From Spirochaetota bacterium (GTDB lineage Bacteria; Spirochaetota; UBA4802; JAFGJZ01): DNA of 64,000 bases. The position numbers and the translations under genes were made by a program. Location of the stretch: positions 2,816-66,815 of the forward strand of contig JAQIBV010000021.1 of assembly GCA_027858855.1 (NCBI GenBank). Direction: 5' to 3'. The notes under the pieces are model-generated. The model saw nothing but the letters and a program-made list of their open reading frames with translations. It did not search any database and was not told where the DNA came from. Shown piece by piece: positions 9,665 through 19,710 of the stretch (the stretch's first letter is position 1; each line of letters opens with the position of its first letter).

Positions 9665-10744
9665 TTACTTCTTACCGCTTACTTTGCTAAAAAATTCATC
9701 AAAAAGATAACGGGAATCATTCGGTCCCGGATTTGACTCTGGATGATATTGCACTGAAAATATTGGCAGATTGCAATGTTCAATACCTTCGACAGTATTA
9801 TCATTCAGGTTTATGTGTGTTATTTTAATATCAGCATTATCTTTCAATGAATCAAAATCCACAGCAAAACCATGATTTTGTGAGGTGATTTCGACTCGAC
9901 CGTTTTTAATGTTTTTAACAGGTTGATTTCCGCCTCGATGACCAAACTTTAATTTATAGGTGCTTCCACCCAAAGCAAGTGACAGAATTTGATGCCCCAA
10001 ACAAATTCCAAAACAGGGCTTTCCTGTCTTAATGATATCCTTAGCTAACGAAATTCCGCATTTTACAGCATCCGGATCTCCGGGGCCATTTGAAAGAAAA
10101 TATCCACTAACTTCCCCAATTTCTTCAATTGTTGCATTACAGGGAAACACTTTAACCTTGAAACCAGACTCCTGTAACAATCGTAAAATATTTGTTTTAA
10201 TTCCAAAATCTATAGCAGCAATAATCGGGCCTTCACCAGCTTCAGAGTAATCATACTTTTCTTTTATCGAAACCCTGGAAGCAAGATCAAGACCAGCCAT
10301 CAACGGAAACTTTTTTAACTTTTCAATAGCGTTTTCTTTTGAAAAGAAAATTCCGCCACGCAAAGCACCCTTGTCTCGAATATGCGTAGTAATTTTACGT
10401 GAATCGACTCCTTCAATTGCCGGTATTTTATTCTCGATCAAATAATCACCCAAAGACTTGTTAGAACGATAATTTGAATGGTGTTTACAATACTCTTTAA
10501 CGATTAAACCGGCGACTTGTACTCCTGCAGATTCAACATCCTCTTCATTAACCCCATAGTTACCGATCATCGGATAAGTCATGGTGACAATTTGCCCTGA
10601 GTAGGATGGATCTGTTAAAATCTCCTGATATCCCGACATAGATGTATTAAAGACTATTTCACCAAGAGACTCTCCCTCGTATCCGAAACTATAACCCTCT
10701 AATTCGAAACCATCTTCTAATATTAAATATGCTTTTTTCATCAT
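9665..10744 (-). CDS. carA: Carbamoyl-phosphate synthase small subunit
   Basis: GEIVFNTSMSGYQE, SNGPGDP, GICLGHQ, SQNHGF, QYHPE. Start set at MMKKAY after a GGAG SD. Confidence 0.97.
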   Translation of the reverse strand: MMKKAYLILEDGFELEGYSFGYEGESLGEIVFNTSMSGYQEILTDPSYSGQIVTMTYPMIGNYGVNEEDVESAGVQVAGLIVKEYCKHHSNYRSNKSLGDYLIENKIPAIEGVDSRKITTHIRDKGALRGGIFFSKENAIEKLKKFPLMAGLDLASRVSIKEKYDYSEAGEGPIIAAIDFGIKTNILRLLQESGFKVKVFPCNATIEEIGEVSGYFLSNGPGDPDAVKCGISLAKDIIKTGKPCFGICLGHQILSLALGGSTYKLKFGHRGGNQPVKNIKNGRVEITSQNHGFAVDFDSLKDNADIKITHINLNDNTVEGIEHCNLPIFSVQYHPESNPGPNDSRYLFDEFFSKVSGKK

Positions 10745-10878
10745 AATTTCTCCAAAACTGTGTCTACAATTCAAAGCACAATAAAGTGCTTAAAATTAAA
10801 ATAATTTTTTCTTAAATAATTTTCAAACAAAACCATAATTAAATTTTATATTTTTTTCTTCGCCATCGACGAATAAAT

Positions 10879-11511
10879 TCAAATTTTTCCTTTCAACATT
10901 ATGTTGTTAATTTTCTCAAAACCGATTGTAGTAGATGGGCCATGACCCGGATATACAATAGTTTCATCATCATAAACCTTAATTAATCGATTATTAATAT
11001 TATTTATCAATTCCCTGTTACTGGTACTTCCCAGAAGATCAGTACGTCCTACCGCAAAGTTAAAAAGAGTATCTCCTGAAAAAATCATGGAGTCAATAAC
11101 ATAACAGATCGATCCTGCTGAATGACCACCAATATGCACCACATCGACCTTTCCAATTGATGTCTCAAAAGTTGTTGGAGCACTCAAGACATCATCTATT
11201 TCAAATTCTGCAGGACACTCCATCATCAGCATTTGAGCCTGCATCTTTAACGATTGAGCCATCTTGAGATCTTCTTTATGAAGTTTAACAGAGCAACTGG
11301 GAGAAAATGAAACAACCTCTGCCACACCAGCTATATGATCAAGATGACCATGAGTCAACCATACCATGGATATTTCTATTTCTTTATCTCTGCACATAGA
11401 AAGAATGTTTTTTACATCGTGTCCCGGATCGATTATAATCGACTTTTGATTGTCTTCTAAAAAATAGGTGTTAACGGAGAGAGGCCCATTGGGGAATACT
11501 TTAACTATCAT
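10879..11511 (-). CDS. MBL-fold metallo-hydrolase (glyoxalase II-like)
   Basis: THGHLDH, GHSAG, FSGD, PGHG. Confidence 0.9.
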   Translation of the reverse strand: MIVKVFPNGPLSVNTYFLEDNQKSIIIDPGHDVKNILSMCRDKEIEISMVWLTHGHLDHIAGVAEVVSFSPSCSVKLHKEDLKMAQSLKMQAQMLMMECPAEFEIDDVLSAPTTFETSIGKVDVVHIGGHSAGSICYVIDSMIFSGDTLFNFAVGRTDLLGSTSNRELINNINNRLIKVYDDETIVYPGHGPSTTIGFEKINNIMLKGKI

Positions 11512-12134
11512 TGTTTTTTACACACCACTGTGAAATCATTTTGCAAGTAATCTTCGACAATTTTAAACGACTGAAATGAACATTGATCGACAATTTCTGC
11601 TGCTTCTTCTACAGAGTAATAGCAGTATGGATCTTCCTTATCATTTGATTTATCACTTAAAAGATTAAAAACCACATATTCATTTGCAATTTCTTTAAAA
11701 ATCATTAAAGCATCTTTAAGAAAGAGTAAATTAGTACTCTGTTTTAAATTAAAAATTCCAGAAGAATAGACTAAATCATAATTGTATTTTTCACAAAATT
11801 CTGTACTCGAAAAAATATCCCTGCATTCTATGTTTATTTCAGGATTCATCTTTAAAGCTTTTGAAATTATTTTTTTACAAATATCAACCCCATGATAGTC
11901 TTTCAGATTGATTCCGCGCTTCTGAATATAAAAAAAGAGATCTCCCAGACCGCAACCGACGTCCAGTAAAGATCTCCCGCTTAATTCAACATTTTCTGTA
12001 AGAATAAAAAACCTGAGATGTTGTGCTTCGCGACTTTCCCAACCAAGAATTTGATGATTTTCCTTAGATTCATCAAATTCTTTCTCATAATAATCCTGTA
12101 TGTGTTGAAAACAGTAATGCCTATTATTTTTCAA
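11508..12134 (-). CDS. Class I SAM-dependent methyltransferase
   Basis: LLDVGCGLGD, GVD, SSGIFN. Confidence 0.85.
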   Translation of the reverse strand: MKNNRHYCFQHIQDYYEKEFDESKENHQILGWESREAQHLRFFILTENVELSGRSLLDVGCGLGDLFFYIQKRGINLKDYHGVDICKKIISKALKMNPEINIECRDIFSSTEFCEKYNYDLVYSSGIFNLKQSTNLLFLKDALMIFKEIANEYVVFNLLSDKSNDKEDPYCYYSVEEAAEIVDQCSFQSFKIVEDYLQNDFTVVCKKQ

Positions 12135-12774
12135 TCTCTTGCTTTACCTTTACTTCGACAAACATATCGTTTTGATTCTCAAGTGGTAAAAATCCTTTTT
12201 TAAGCATGCTTTTGTATATTTCAAGACAGACCCATGCGTCAGTTGCAGCATATTTTTGTTGCTGATCTGTCAAATCGGCTCGCTCCCAATTCGATTTTTG
12301 TGCAGATTTGGAAATACGTAATTGAAGAAAAAAAGCAGCCAGCGCCCTAACGCCCCGTTGATGAAACTTATGAACAGAAGCAATTTTCTCTAAATCAACA
12401 AATCCCTTCGATACTACGCCAAGAATTTTTTTTATCTCATACAATTCATCTTTAAGTCCAAGGCCAATTTTTAAAATGGACTCATTGCAAAAAAGCGGTG
12501 AAAAATCAGGTTTTATTTTCATTCTGTTAATTCTAAAAAGATATGCATTTTCTTCTGTTGCAAGCTGGACAAGAGCGATGGAATGAAATTCACCTTTACG
12601 GAAGGAGGGTTTTGACTCTGTATCAAACCCCAGAATTGAAGTATTCTGTGCTAAATTGTTGATAACAACTTGTGCCTCATCTTTATCAGATATTAACTGA
12701 ATACCACCTTCAAAACAACCAAGGTCACATTCATTAATCTCATCTTTGCTTATTGAATATTGAAATTCTTCCAT
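12124..12774 (-). CDS. 3'-5' exonuclease (DnaQ/RNase D-like, WRN-exo type)
   Basis: GFDTE, LVQLA, SNWE, YAATDA. Start set at MEEFQY. Confidence 0.88.
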   Translation of the reverse strand: MEEFQYSISKDEINECDLGCFEGGIQLISDKDEAQVVINNLAQNTSILGFDTESKPSFRKGEFHSIALVQLATEENAYLFRINRMKIKPDFSPLFCNESILKIGLGLKDELYEIKKILGVVSKGFVDLEKIASVHKFHQRGVRALAAFFLQLRISKSAQKSNWERADLTDQQQKYAATDAWVCLEIYKSMLKKGFLPLENQNDMFVEVKVKQEIEK

Positions 12775-12841
12775 TTTTTTTCCTGACATTATTGTTTGCG
12801 AGGTACTTGATTCGTCAAGAAAAATGCCGAATATTATCCAA

Positions 12842-13309
12842 CTATTTTCCCTGTATAGAAAACGAGTGACACGCCGCAATAGCCAGAGCATCAGCAGCAT
12901 CATCTGGTTGAGGAATCTCTTTCAAAGAAAAGATATTTTTAATCATTACCTGCATCTGTTTTTTATCAGCACGCCCATACCCCGTAAGCGCTTGTTTTAT
13001 CTGAAGAGGTGTATATTCCGTATATAAAACAACATGCTGGTGCAAAACAAGCAGAACAACACCAACAGCATGAGCTACATTCAGTGCGGTTGTCGTATTT
13101 TTAGAAAAAAACTGCCTTTCAATTGAAACAGTATCCGGTTTATATTCTGTTATAATAGAAGATAATTCGGTATAAATAACAAACATTCGCTCATCAATCG
13201 GCATTGAGGATGGTGTTTCAATTGCTCCATAATCAACAATTTTTAAGCCTTTATCAATAACACCCCATCCAAGTATCCCATAGCCGGGATCAATACCAAG
13301 TATTCGCAT
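12842..13309 (-). CDS. ruvC: Holliday junction resolvase RuvC
   Basis: ILGIDPG, SIE, TGYGRADK, DDAADALA. Confidence 0.96.
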   Translation of the reverse strand: MRILGIDPGYGILGWGVIDKGLKIVDYGAIETPSSMPIDERMFVIYTELSSIITEYKPDTVSIERQFFSKNTTTALNVAHAVGVVLLVLHQHVVLYTEYTPLQIKQALTGYGRADKKQMQVMIKNIFSLKEIPQPDDAADALAIAACHSFSIQGK

Positions 13310-13310
13310 A

Positions 13311-14063
13311 TTACTCCTGAAGCTTTTCGATTATTTCATCAGAGATTTCATAATTGCCATATACATTCTGAATATCATCATGATCTTCCAAAAGATCTAC
13401 AAGCCGTAAACACTGCTCTGCTTTTTTTTCATCAAGTTCTACAGTAGTTTGAGGTATATACGTTATCTCACTAAAAGAAGTTTTAAATTCTTTAGAATTT
13501 ATCAGCTCGTTTACATCATTGTATGAGTCCGAAGCAATGGTTATTGTAATTGTATCATCATCATTATTTATGATGTCTTCAACATCATAGTCGACGATCA
13601 TTTCCATTATTGTATCTTCATCAGTTTGTCCAGGCTCTATAACAATTATCCCCTTTTTATCAAAGAGAAAGTTAACACATCCAGATTCGCCTAAATTGCC
13701 GCCATTTTTTCCAAAAATTGTTCTGATTTCAGGATAAGTTCTATTTTTATTGTCGGTAATAACATCCACCATCAATGCAACACCACCAGGGCCATATCCT
13801 TCATAACGCATCTCTTCATAAACAACACCTTCCATCTTTCCGGAAGCCTTCAGAACAGCACGCTCAATATTGTCCATTGGCATGTTGTTTTCTCGTGCCT
13901 TTGCAATAGCTGTACGCAAACGAGGGTTAGAGGCGGGATCTTCCCCCCCATTTTTTACTGAAACGGTAATCTCTCGTATCAGTTTTGTAAAAATAGCTCC
14001 ACGCTTGGCATCAATCGCACCTTTTTTACGCTTAATAGTTGACCACTTATTATGACCCGACAT
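13311..14063 (-). CDS. yebC: YebC/PmpR family protein
   Basis: MSGHNKWSTIK, NPRLR, YEGYGPGG, TDNKNRT; adjacent to ruvC. Confidence 0.96.
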   Translation of the reverse strand: MSGHNKWSTIKRKKGAIDAKRGAIFTKLIREITVSVKNGGEDPASNPRLRTAIAKARENNMPMDNIERAVLKASGKMEGVVYEEMRYEGYGPGGVALMVDVITDNKNRTYPEIRTIFGKNGGNLGESGCVNFLFDKKGIIVIEPGQTDEDTIMEMIVDYDVEDIINNDDDTITITIASDSYNDVNELINSKEFKTSFSEITYIPQTTVELDEKKAEQCLRLVDLLEDHDDIQNVYGNYEISDEIIEKLQE

Positions 14064-14132
14064 AGTTAACTCCGAATATTTTTTATGATAAACCGTCCAT
14101 CAATAATTATACTAATAAATTGTACCCATCAG

Positions 14133-15431
14133 TTAATATCCTCGGTTTATTTTCAACTGAATTTTTTCAATCATTTCACGCGCTTTGTTAGGTTGATAAT
14201 TATACTTTATAGCTTCACGATAATAAAGAAGTGAATTTTCAAGATCGCCCACTTTTTCATAAACAACAGCTGTTTTCCAGCGCCTATTACCTGAAGTATG
14301 TTTTCGAAGTTCATAACTCAACTGAATTTCTTCTCGTTTTAGTCGAGCCTGTTCTTGTTTTAAGTATTGATACTCATTATACTGCACATAATTGTTATTT
14401 TTTAAAAGCTCAATTTTAAGCTCATTCATCTTCGTTTTCAACTCATTAATTTCTTCTCGTTTGTTTTTCAAATTATTCTCGTAATCCTTTTCAAGCTCTA
14501 TACTTTTTAGAAACCATTCAAGAGCAACACTGTATTTCATTCTTTTGTATGCAATATCACCCAAGTGCTCCATACTTTTAGACCGCTTTAACGATTCAGA
14601 CTCCGGCGCTTTTTGTGTAACCTGTAAATAACTATTCTGTGCCAAATCATAATTACCAGTCTCTTTAAAGGCAAGGTTACCCACTACATAATAAATGTTA
14701 TAATCATTTTCTTTTTCAAGGAACAATAAATAGTATTTTTCAGCTTCCAGATTCTTATTTATATCAGCATTTTGATTCGCAATTTTTATAAATATAGATG
14801 GGTCATCAACTTCATAAGATAGGAGCTTCGCATAATAAACCAGATAATAGATAGATTTTCTTTTGTCTCGACTGTTATAGTAAGAGATTCCAAGGTCATG
14901 AGAATATTCAGCTATTGCCGGATTAAGCCGAAAAGCGATTTCCAGACTATTACGATAAGCAATTTCGTTTTCAGAATCACGATATATTCTGGATAAAAGA
15001 GCAAAAAGATAATCGTCTTTTCTAAATTCTATTTTTTTATACCGTAAAGATTGATGCAGATGGGAGGATGCTCTTTTATATTCCTTATTGCGATAATTAA
15101 TTATTGCTGCATCATAGTGCAATTTATGGAGCTCGGGGTTCTCTTCGATTAAAAAATTCTCAACCGTACGCTCATTAAAAAGAGAATTAACATCTATTTC
15201 CTGCTCAATGGATGCAAAGCTTATAAAGTTCGAAGGGATGCGTTTATTCGAAGTGTTTTTACTATTTATTTCAGCTATTTGTTCTTCAATTTTTTCTGTA
15301 GCCTTATCATACTCTCCCGCTTCCAACAGCTCCTGATATGTACGGCTATCTTCATCAGCAAAAGTTTGAGCAAATTGATACTCATTCACCAAAAGGGAAA
15401 AAACAAGCAACACTAAATAATACTGTTTCAT
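14133..15431 (-). CDS. Exported tetratricopeptide-repeat protein
   Basis: N-terminal signal-like segment, helical TPR-like repeats and a coiled-coil segment. Confidence 0.7.
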   Translation of the reverse strand: MKQYYLVLLVFSLLVNEYQFAQTFADEDSRTYQELLEAGEYDKATEKIEEQIAEINSKNTSNKRIPSNFISFASIEQEIDVNSLFNERTVENFLIEENPELHKLHYDAAIINYRNKEYKRASSHLHQSLRYKKIEFRKDDYLFALLSRIYRDSENEIAYRNSLEIAFRLNPAIAEYSHDLGISYYNSRDKRKSIYYLVYYAKLLSYEVDDPSIFIKIANQNADINKNLEAEKYYLLFLEKENDYNIYYVVGNLAFKETGNYDLAQNSYLQVTQKAPESESLKRSKSMEHLGDIAYKRMKYSVALEWFLKSIELEKDYENNLKNKREEINELKTKMNELKIELLKNNNYVQYNEYQYLKQEQARLKREEIQLSYELRKHTSGNRRWKTAVVYEKVGDLENSLLYYREAIKYNYQPNKAREMIEKIQLKINRGY

Positions 15432-15645
15432 TTTACCCCTTACATTTGATACTTTATACTTTTAAAAAAGTCAGGAGCATGCATGTTTAAGAGGCATACT
15501 CAAGAAATTTTGAGTTTGAGTCGATTATCAAGAACATTAAGACTAATTATGCTATTTGATATGATTATCGGATATTTTTATAATTAGTGAAAGATTAAAT
15601 TTCGACGTCAGGAAGGAATTGATAGAAGCTACTTATTACGAAGAC

Positions 15646-16254
15646 TTAAACCTTACGAAGTTTTACTACCCGTTTTTTAATTTTTGGAGCACCTTCAGGA
15701 TTATACTTATTCTGAACTGTCTCAATATCATTCCGTAAAAGGTCAAAAACTACCGATTCAGATTTATTCAACACATCAATCAAAATCAATTTTTCTTCAT
15801 CGGTAAAATCTTTAAGAAGATACTCTTCCATTTTTTCATCTTTTCCAGGTGAACCAACGCCTATGCGCACCTTGGCAAATCGTTCTGACTTAAGGCCCTT
15901 TTCCATAGAAAGAACACCTTCATGCTTAATTCCAGAAAGCATATAGTCAACCCGAAGATCGCCTAAATCAAGAGTAGAATCTTCAAAAATACAAATCACA
16001 TCTTTAACATTAATTCGTAGAAAGGAGGCGATATAGAGAACCGATTCGCCAATTAAATTGACGAAGGTTTGAGGTTTAAGAAGAACGACATCTTGGTTAT
16101 CGATTTTACCACGGCCGATTATTGATTTTTTCTTTTTAACACGGACATCAATATTAGCATTGTTCGCCAGAATTTCGATTACCTTAAAACCAATATTCTG
16201 GCGATTATTTACATGCTTATCACCCGGATTTCCAAATCCAACAATTAATTTCAA
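15646..16254 (-). CDS. pth: Peptidyl-tRNA hydrolase-like protein with a degenerate active site
   Basis: LIVGFGNPG, LLKPQTFVN, VRIGVG; canonical position after rplY; the TRHN motif reads NRQN. Confidence 0.85.
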   Translation of the reverse strand: MKLIVGFGNPGDKHVNNRQNIGFKVIEILANNANIDVRVKKKKSIIGRGKIDNQDVVLLKPQTFVNLIGESVLYIASFLRINVKDVICIFEDSTLDLGDLRVDYMLSGIKHEGVLSMEKGLKSERFAKVRIGVGSPGKDEKMEEYLLKDFTDEEKLILIDVLNKSESVVFDLLRNDIETVQNKYNPEGAPKIKKRVVKLRKV

Positions 16255-16311
16255 ACAGCAAACTCCTGTAATTTTTACTAAACAGGATTACATCAAAAAA
16301 GTACAGAGATT

Positions 16312-16917
16312 TTACTCTGCATCTGCAATAACTTCGCTCTCTTCTTCCGGCTCTTCATCATCAGAAGTACGCAAAGTAACAACATGTGCAAGAGAATGAC
16401 TTGCATCCTGTTTAAATGACATAGAATCCGGTACTTTAAGATCTGATATATGTACAGATTCACCTATTTCAAGTTTTGTTACATCAACAACAATTTTTTC
16501 CAGAAGATCTCTAGGCAAAACTTCCACTTCAATTTCACGTTCAATTGGCTCAAAAACTCCACCTTTTTTTACACCAGCTGGAGATCCAACAAACTCAAGT
16601 GCCACAAATGTATGAATTTTTTCACCATCTGTTACTTTAAAGAAGTCTAGATGTATCATTTGATCAGTAACCGGATGTTTCTGATAATCTTTTATATATG
16701 CATCCTGTTCTTTACCATCTATCATAAGAGTCAAAATGACACTTTCAGAAATATGTCCTTTAAATAGACCAGTGAATTCCTTTTGACAAACTGATATAGA
16801 CTCTCCAACTCCATGCGAATAGACCACAGCGGGGATCATTCCTGATGCTCGTAGTCGTCTGTTAATATTTTTCCCTGTTTCAGACCGTTTTTCTGCCTTT
16901 AACACTAAAGATCCCAT
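16312..16917 (-). CDS. rplY: 50S ribosomal protein L25/general stress protein Ctc
   Basis: RRLRASGMIPAVVY, QKHPVT--IHLDF, GVKKGG. Confidence 0.96.
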   Translation of the reverse strand: MGSLVLKAEKRSETGKNINRRLRASGMIPAVVYSHGVGESISVCQKEFTGLFKGHISESVILTLMIDGKEQDAYIKDYQKHPVTDQMIHLDFFKVTDGEKIHTFVALEFVGSPAGVKKGGVFEPIEREIEVEVLPRDLLEKIVVDVTKLEIGESVHISDLKVPDSMSFKQDASHSLAHVVTLRTSDDEEPEEESEVIADAE

Positions 16918-16940
16918 TTTTTCCTCACTAACTATTATAA

Positions 16941-17900
16941 TTATACGAAAAGATTACTAACTGATTCTCCTGAGTAAATTCGCTTTATTGCTTCAGAGAA
17001 GAGGGAACATGTTCTTAATACTGTAATATTATCGAGCATCTTTTCTTCCGGAATCGGAATTGTATCAGAGAAAATAATCTCTTTAAAATTTGCGCTTTGC
17101 AAATTAGCAACAGCATTTCCAGACAAAACCGGATGAGTTGCTATACAATAAATATCTTTTGCACCAAAGTCTTTCAAAGCCTTCGCTCCACCCGAAATGG
17201 AGCCTGCTGTATCAATTATGTCATCTATTAATAAACAATTTTTTCCTTCTACTTCGCCAATTACATTCATAATTTCACAAACGTTAGCCTTAGGACGGCG
17301 TTTATCAATTATTGCGAGACCACATTGCAGATATTTAGCAAGATATCGAGCTCTATCGGTACCGCCACTGTCAGGAGAAACCACTACAAGATCACTAATT
17401 TTTAAGGAATTGAAGTAGCCAATAGCAATAGGTGTTAAAAAAAGATTATCTACCGGAACATCAAAAAAACCCTGAATCTGATCGGCATGTAGGTCCATGG
17501 TTAAAACACGATGAACACCTGCTTTCATAAGCAAGTTAGCAACCAGTTTTGCCGAAATTGGAACACGAGGTTCAACCTTACGATCTTGACGTGAATAACC
17601 GAAGTAGGGAATTACAGCCGTAATTGTTCTAGCAGAAGCACGCTTAGCAGCATCAATCATTAAAAGTAATTCCATAAGATTGTCATTTGAAGGTTTACAT
17701 GTTGACTGAACAATGAAAACATCACAACCACGAACACTTTCTTTGATTTTTACAAAAATTTCACCATCAAGAAACTTTTTACACTCAGAATCTGTTAAAG
17801 AAATACCCAATTTCCCTGTAATATCAAGAGCAAGGGTTTTATTGGAATTACAACTAATAATCTTTATATCATGTTTTTTTTTCGTTATATCAAAATTCAT
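16941..17900 (-). CDS. prs: Ribose-phosphate pyrophosphokinase
   Basis: FLDGE, PYFGYSRQDRK, DLHADQIQGFF, VSPDSGG, DDIIDTAGS. Start set at MNFDIT. Confidence 0.97.
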   Translation of the reverse strand: MNFDITKKKHDIKIISCNSNKTLALDITGKLGISLTDSECKKFLDGEIFVKIKESVRGCDVFIVQSTCKPSNDNLMELLLMIDAAKRASARTITAVIPYFGYSRQDRKVEPRVPISAKLVANLLMKAGVHRVLTMDLHADQIQGFFDVPVDNLFLTPIAIGYFNSLKISDLVVVSPDSGGTDRARYLAKYLQCGLAIIDKRRPKANVCEIMNVIGEVEGKNCLLIDDIIDTAGSISGGAKALKDFGAKDIYCIATHPVLSGNAVANLQSANFKEIIFSDTIPIPEEKMLDNITVLRTCSLFSEAIKRIYSGESVSNLFV

Positions 17901-18612
17901 TATATAATTTCTCTGCCTGTAGTAACTCTTCTGGATTGTTAATTCCAATGCCTTCACGATTATCTTCTAAAATCGAAGATTTAACACAAAAACCGGACTT
18001 ATTAATATATTTAACTATATCAGGCAAATAGTACTCACCTTGCGCATTATTAGTTCCAACAGACTTAAGGCCTTTAAACAGTAAAGCCGAATCAACTACA
18101 TAGGTTCCTGTATTAACTTCATTAATTGCTTTTTCGGAGTCAGAAGCATCTTTTTCTTCTATTATTGATAGAACATTACCTTCATCATCTTTAACAATAC
18201 GTCCATAACCTGTAGGATTATCTGTTATCATAGTAAGAACCGAAGCCATGCATCTATCATTATCATAAAGTTTTAAGAGATTCTCAAAACTTTGCGGCGA
18301 AATAAAAGGTGCATCACCACATGCAATAATTACAGGCCCCTTGTATCCAACAAAAAAAGGCTCTGCTTGAAGAACAGCGTGTCCGGTACCAAGCTGTTGC
18401 TCTTGAAGGGCATACTGGAGAGAATCACCAAGAGCATCTTTAACTTTTTCAGCACCATATCCAACTACAACTGAAACCGACTCAACAGATATTGATCTTA
18501 ATGAGTCAACAACATACTGCGCTAAAGGTTTCCCCTTAATCGCATGCAAAACCTTCGGTAAGGATGAATTCATACGAACACCCTTACCGGCTGCTAAAAT
18601 AATAGCTCTCAT
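17890..18612 (-). CDS. glmU: GlmU N-terminal uridylyltransferase domain only (no acetyltransferase domain)
   Basis: ILAAGKGVRM, PKVLH, LGTGHA, GYGRI, EVNTG, NNAQGEYYL; ends at 240 aa without hexapeptide repeats. Confidence 0.88.
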   Translation of the reverse strand: MRAIILAAGKGVRMNSSLPKVLHAIKGKPLAQYVVDSLRSISVESVSVVVGYGAEKVKDALGDSLQYALQEQQLGTGHAVLQAEPFFVGYKGPVIIACGDAPFISPQSFENLLKLYDNDRCMASVLTMITDNPTGYGRIVKDDEGNVLSIIEEKDASDSEKAINEVNTGTYVVDSALLFKGLKSVGTNNAQGEYYLPDIVKYINKSGFCVKSSILEDNREGIGINNPEELLQAEKLYNEF

Positions 18613-18628
18613 AAACCAACCACTCTAT

Positions 18629-18700
18629 CTGAGACGCAAGGATTCGAACCTTGGAATGCCGAGACCAAAACCCGGTGCCTTACCACTTGGCGACGCCTCA
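18629..18700 (-). tRNA. tRNA-Gln (TTG)
   Basis: TGAGGCGTCGCCAAGTGGTAAGGCACCGGGTTTTGGTCTCGGCATTCCAAGGTTCGAATCCTTGCGTCTCAG folds as a cloverleaf with anticodon TTG; CCA is not encoded. Confidence 0.96.
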
Positions 18701-18702
18701 AT

Positions 18703-19563
18703 TTATATCAAATACGAAGCAACAGACTCTATTCCCTGTAATTTTAAAACCTTCTGAACTTTCAAAACTGATTCGCTAGATTCAAAAAGACCAAAAACGG
18801 ATGACCCTGAACCGGTCATAAGGGAATATAAAGCACCATTTTCATACAAGATTTTTTTAGTATTCGCTATTTCAGGATAACAAGAAACAGCATAATTTTC
18901 GAAACTATTTAAAAACTTTTTGAAATCCTTTTTCGCTAATCCGGACAACAGAACATTTGCGCTATTACCGATACTTTTAACAATCTCAACATATTGATAC
19001 GCATCTTTTGTATCAATGTGAAACTTGTTAAAAACAATCAAAACAATAATCCGACCAAGATTAAGCTGTACAGGCTTAATCAGATTACCAACTCCTGTAC
19101 AAAAAGCAGCTTTTTTTTGCAAGCAAAAAGGAACATCGGCTCCAACCTGTGCCGCCTTCCTCTGTAATTTTTTAAAACTGTAACAACAAAATACTTTATT
19201 TAAAGCACGCAACATTGCTGCAGCATCACTACTGCCACCAGCCAAACCCGCTCCAGCTGGAATGTTTTTCACAAGCCTTAATTTAACAAAAGCACTAAAA
19301 GATACATTTTCAAAGAACAGTTCAAAAGCCTTACATACAAGATTATCCTTTAATGGAACATCATCAAGAACCCACTTGTAGGGACCAACAACTTCCAGAT
19401 CGAGAAATCCATCATCCTTTTTTCTCTTTTCGAAGGAACTAAAAACCAACTCATCACAAAAAGACGATGAAACCATCAAAGATTCAATATTATGATACGA
19501 ATCCGGTCTCTTGCCAATCACCTGAAGATGTAAATTTAGTTTAGCAAAGGCTTTTTCTTTCAC
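18703..19563 (-). CDS. ispE: 4-diphosphocytidyl-2-C-methyl-D-erythritol kinase
   Basis: AKLNLHL, KNIPAGAGLAGGSSDAA, GADVPF, MTGSGS. Confidence 0.95.
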   Translation of the reverse strand: MKEKAFAKLNLHLQVIGKRPDSYHNIESLMVSSSFCDELVFSSFEKRKKDDGFLDLEVVGPYKWVLDDVPLKDNLVCKAFELFFENVSFSAFVKLRLVKNIPAGAGLAGGSSDAAAMLRALNKVFCCYSFKKLQRKAAQVGADVPFCLQKKAAFCTGVGNLIKPVQLNLGRIIVLIVFNKFHIDTKDAYQYVEIVKSIGNSANVLLSGLAKKDFKKFLNSFENYAVSCYPEIANTKKILYENGALYSLMTGSGSSVFGLFESSESVLKVQKVLKLQGIESVASYLI

Positions 19564-19656
19564 TTGCCTACTTCTTGCGCAATTTCAGAGCAAAAATATT
19601 ATGCACCCTCTTATAGGTCAAGCCATTTTAAAAAGATTTACTTGTTTTTTTGTAAT

Positions 19657-19682
19657 AAAAAGGACCTTCTAAACGAAGGTCC
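19657..19682 (-). terminator. Intrinsic terminator of the OmpA-like lipoprotein gene at 19711-20208
   Basis: Minus strand ggaccttc-gttta-gaaggtcc-ttttt. Confidence 0.8.
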
Positions 19683-19710
19683 ATATTTAAAACTATCTAA
19701 AATTTTAAAT

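Noticed and set aside
9665..10744. carA without an adjacent carB
   Set aside because: Separated carA and carB is common; not informative from one window.
15483..15587. 34-aa plus-strand ORF (MFKRHTQE...) with an AGGAG SD
   Set aside because: It occupies the likely promoter region of the divergent TPR gene and has no recognisable motif; probably chance.
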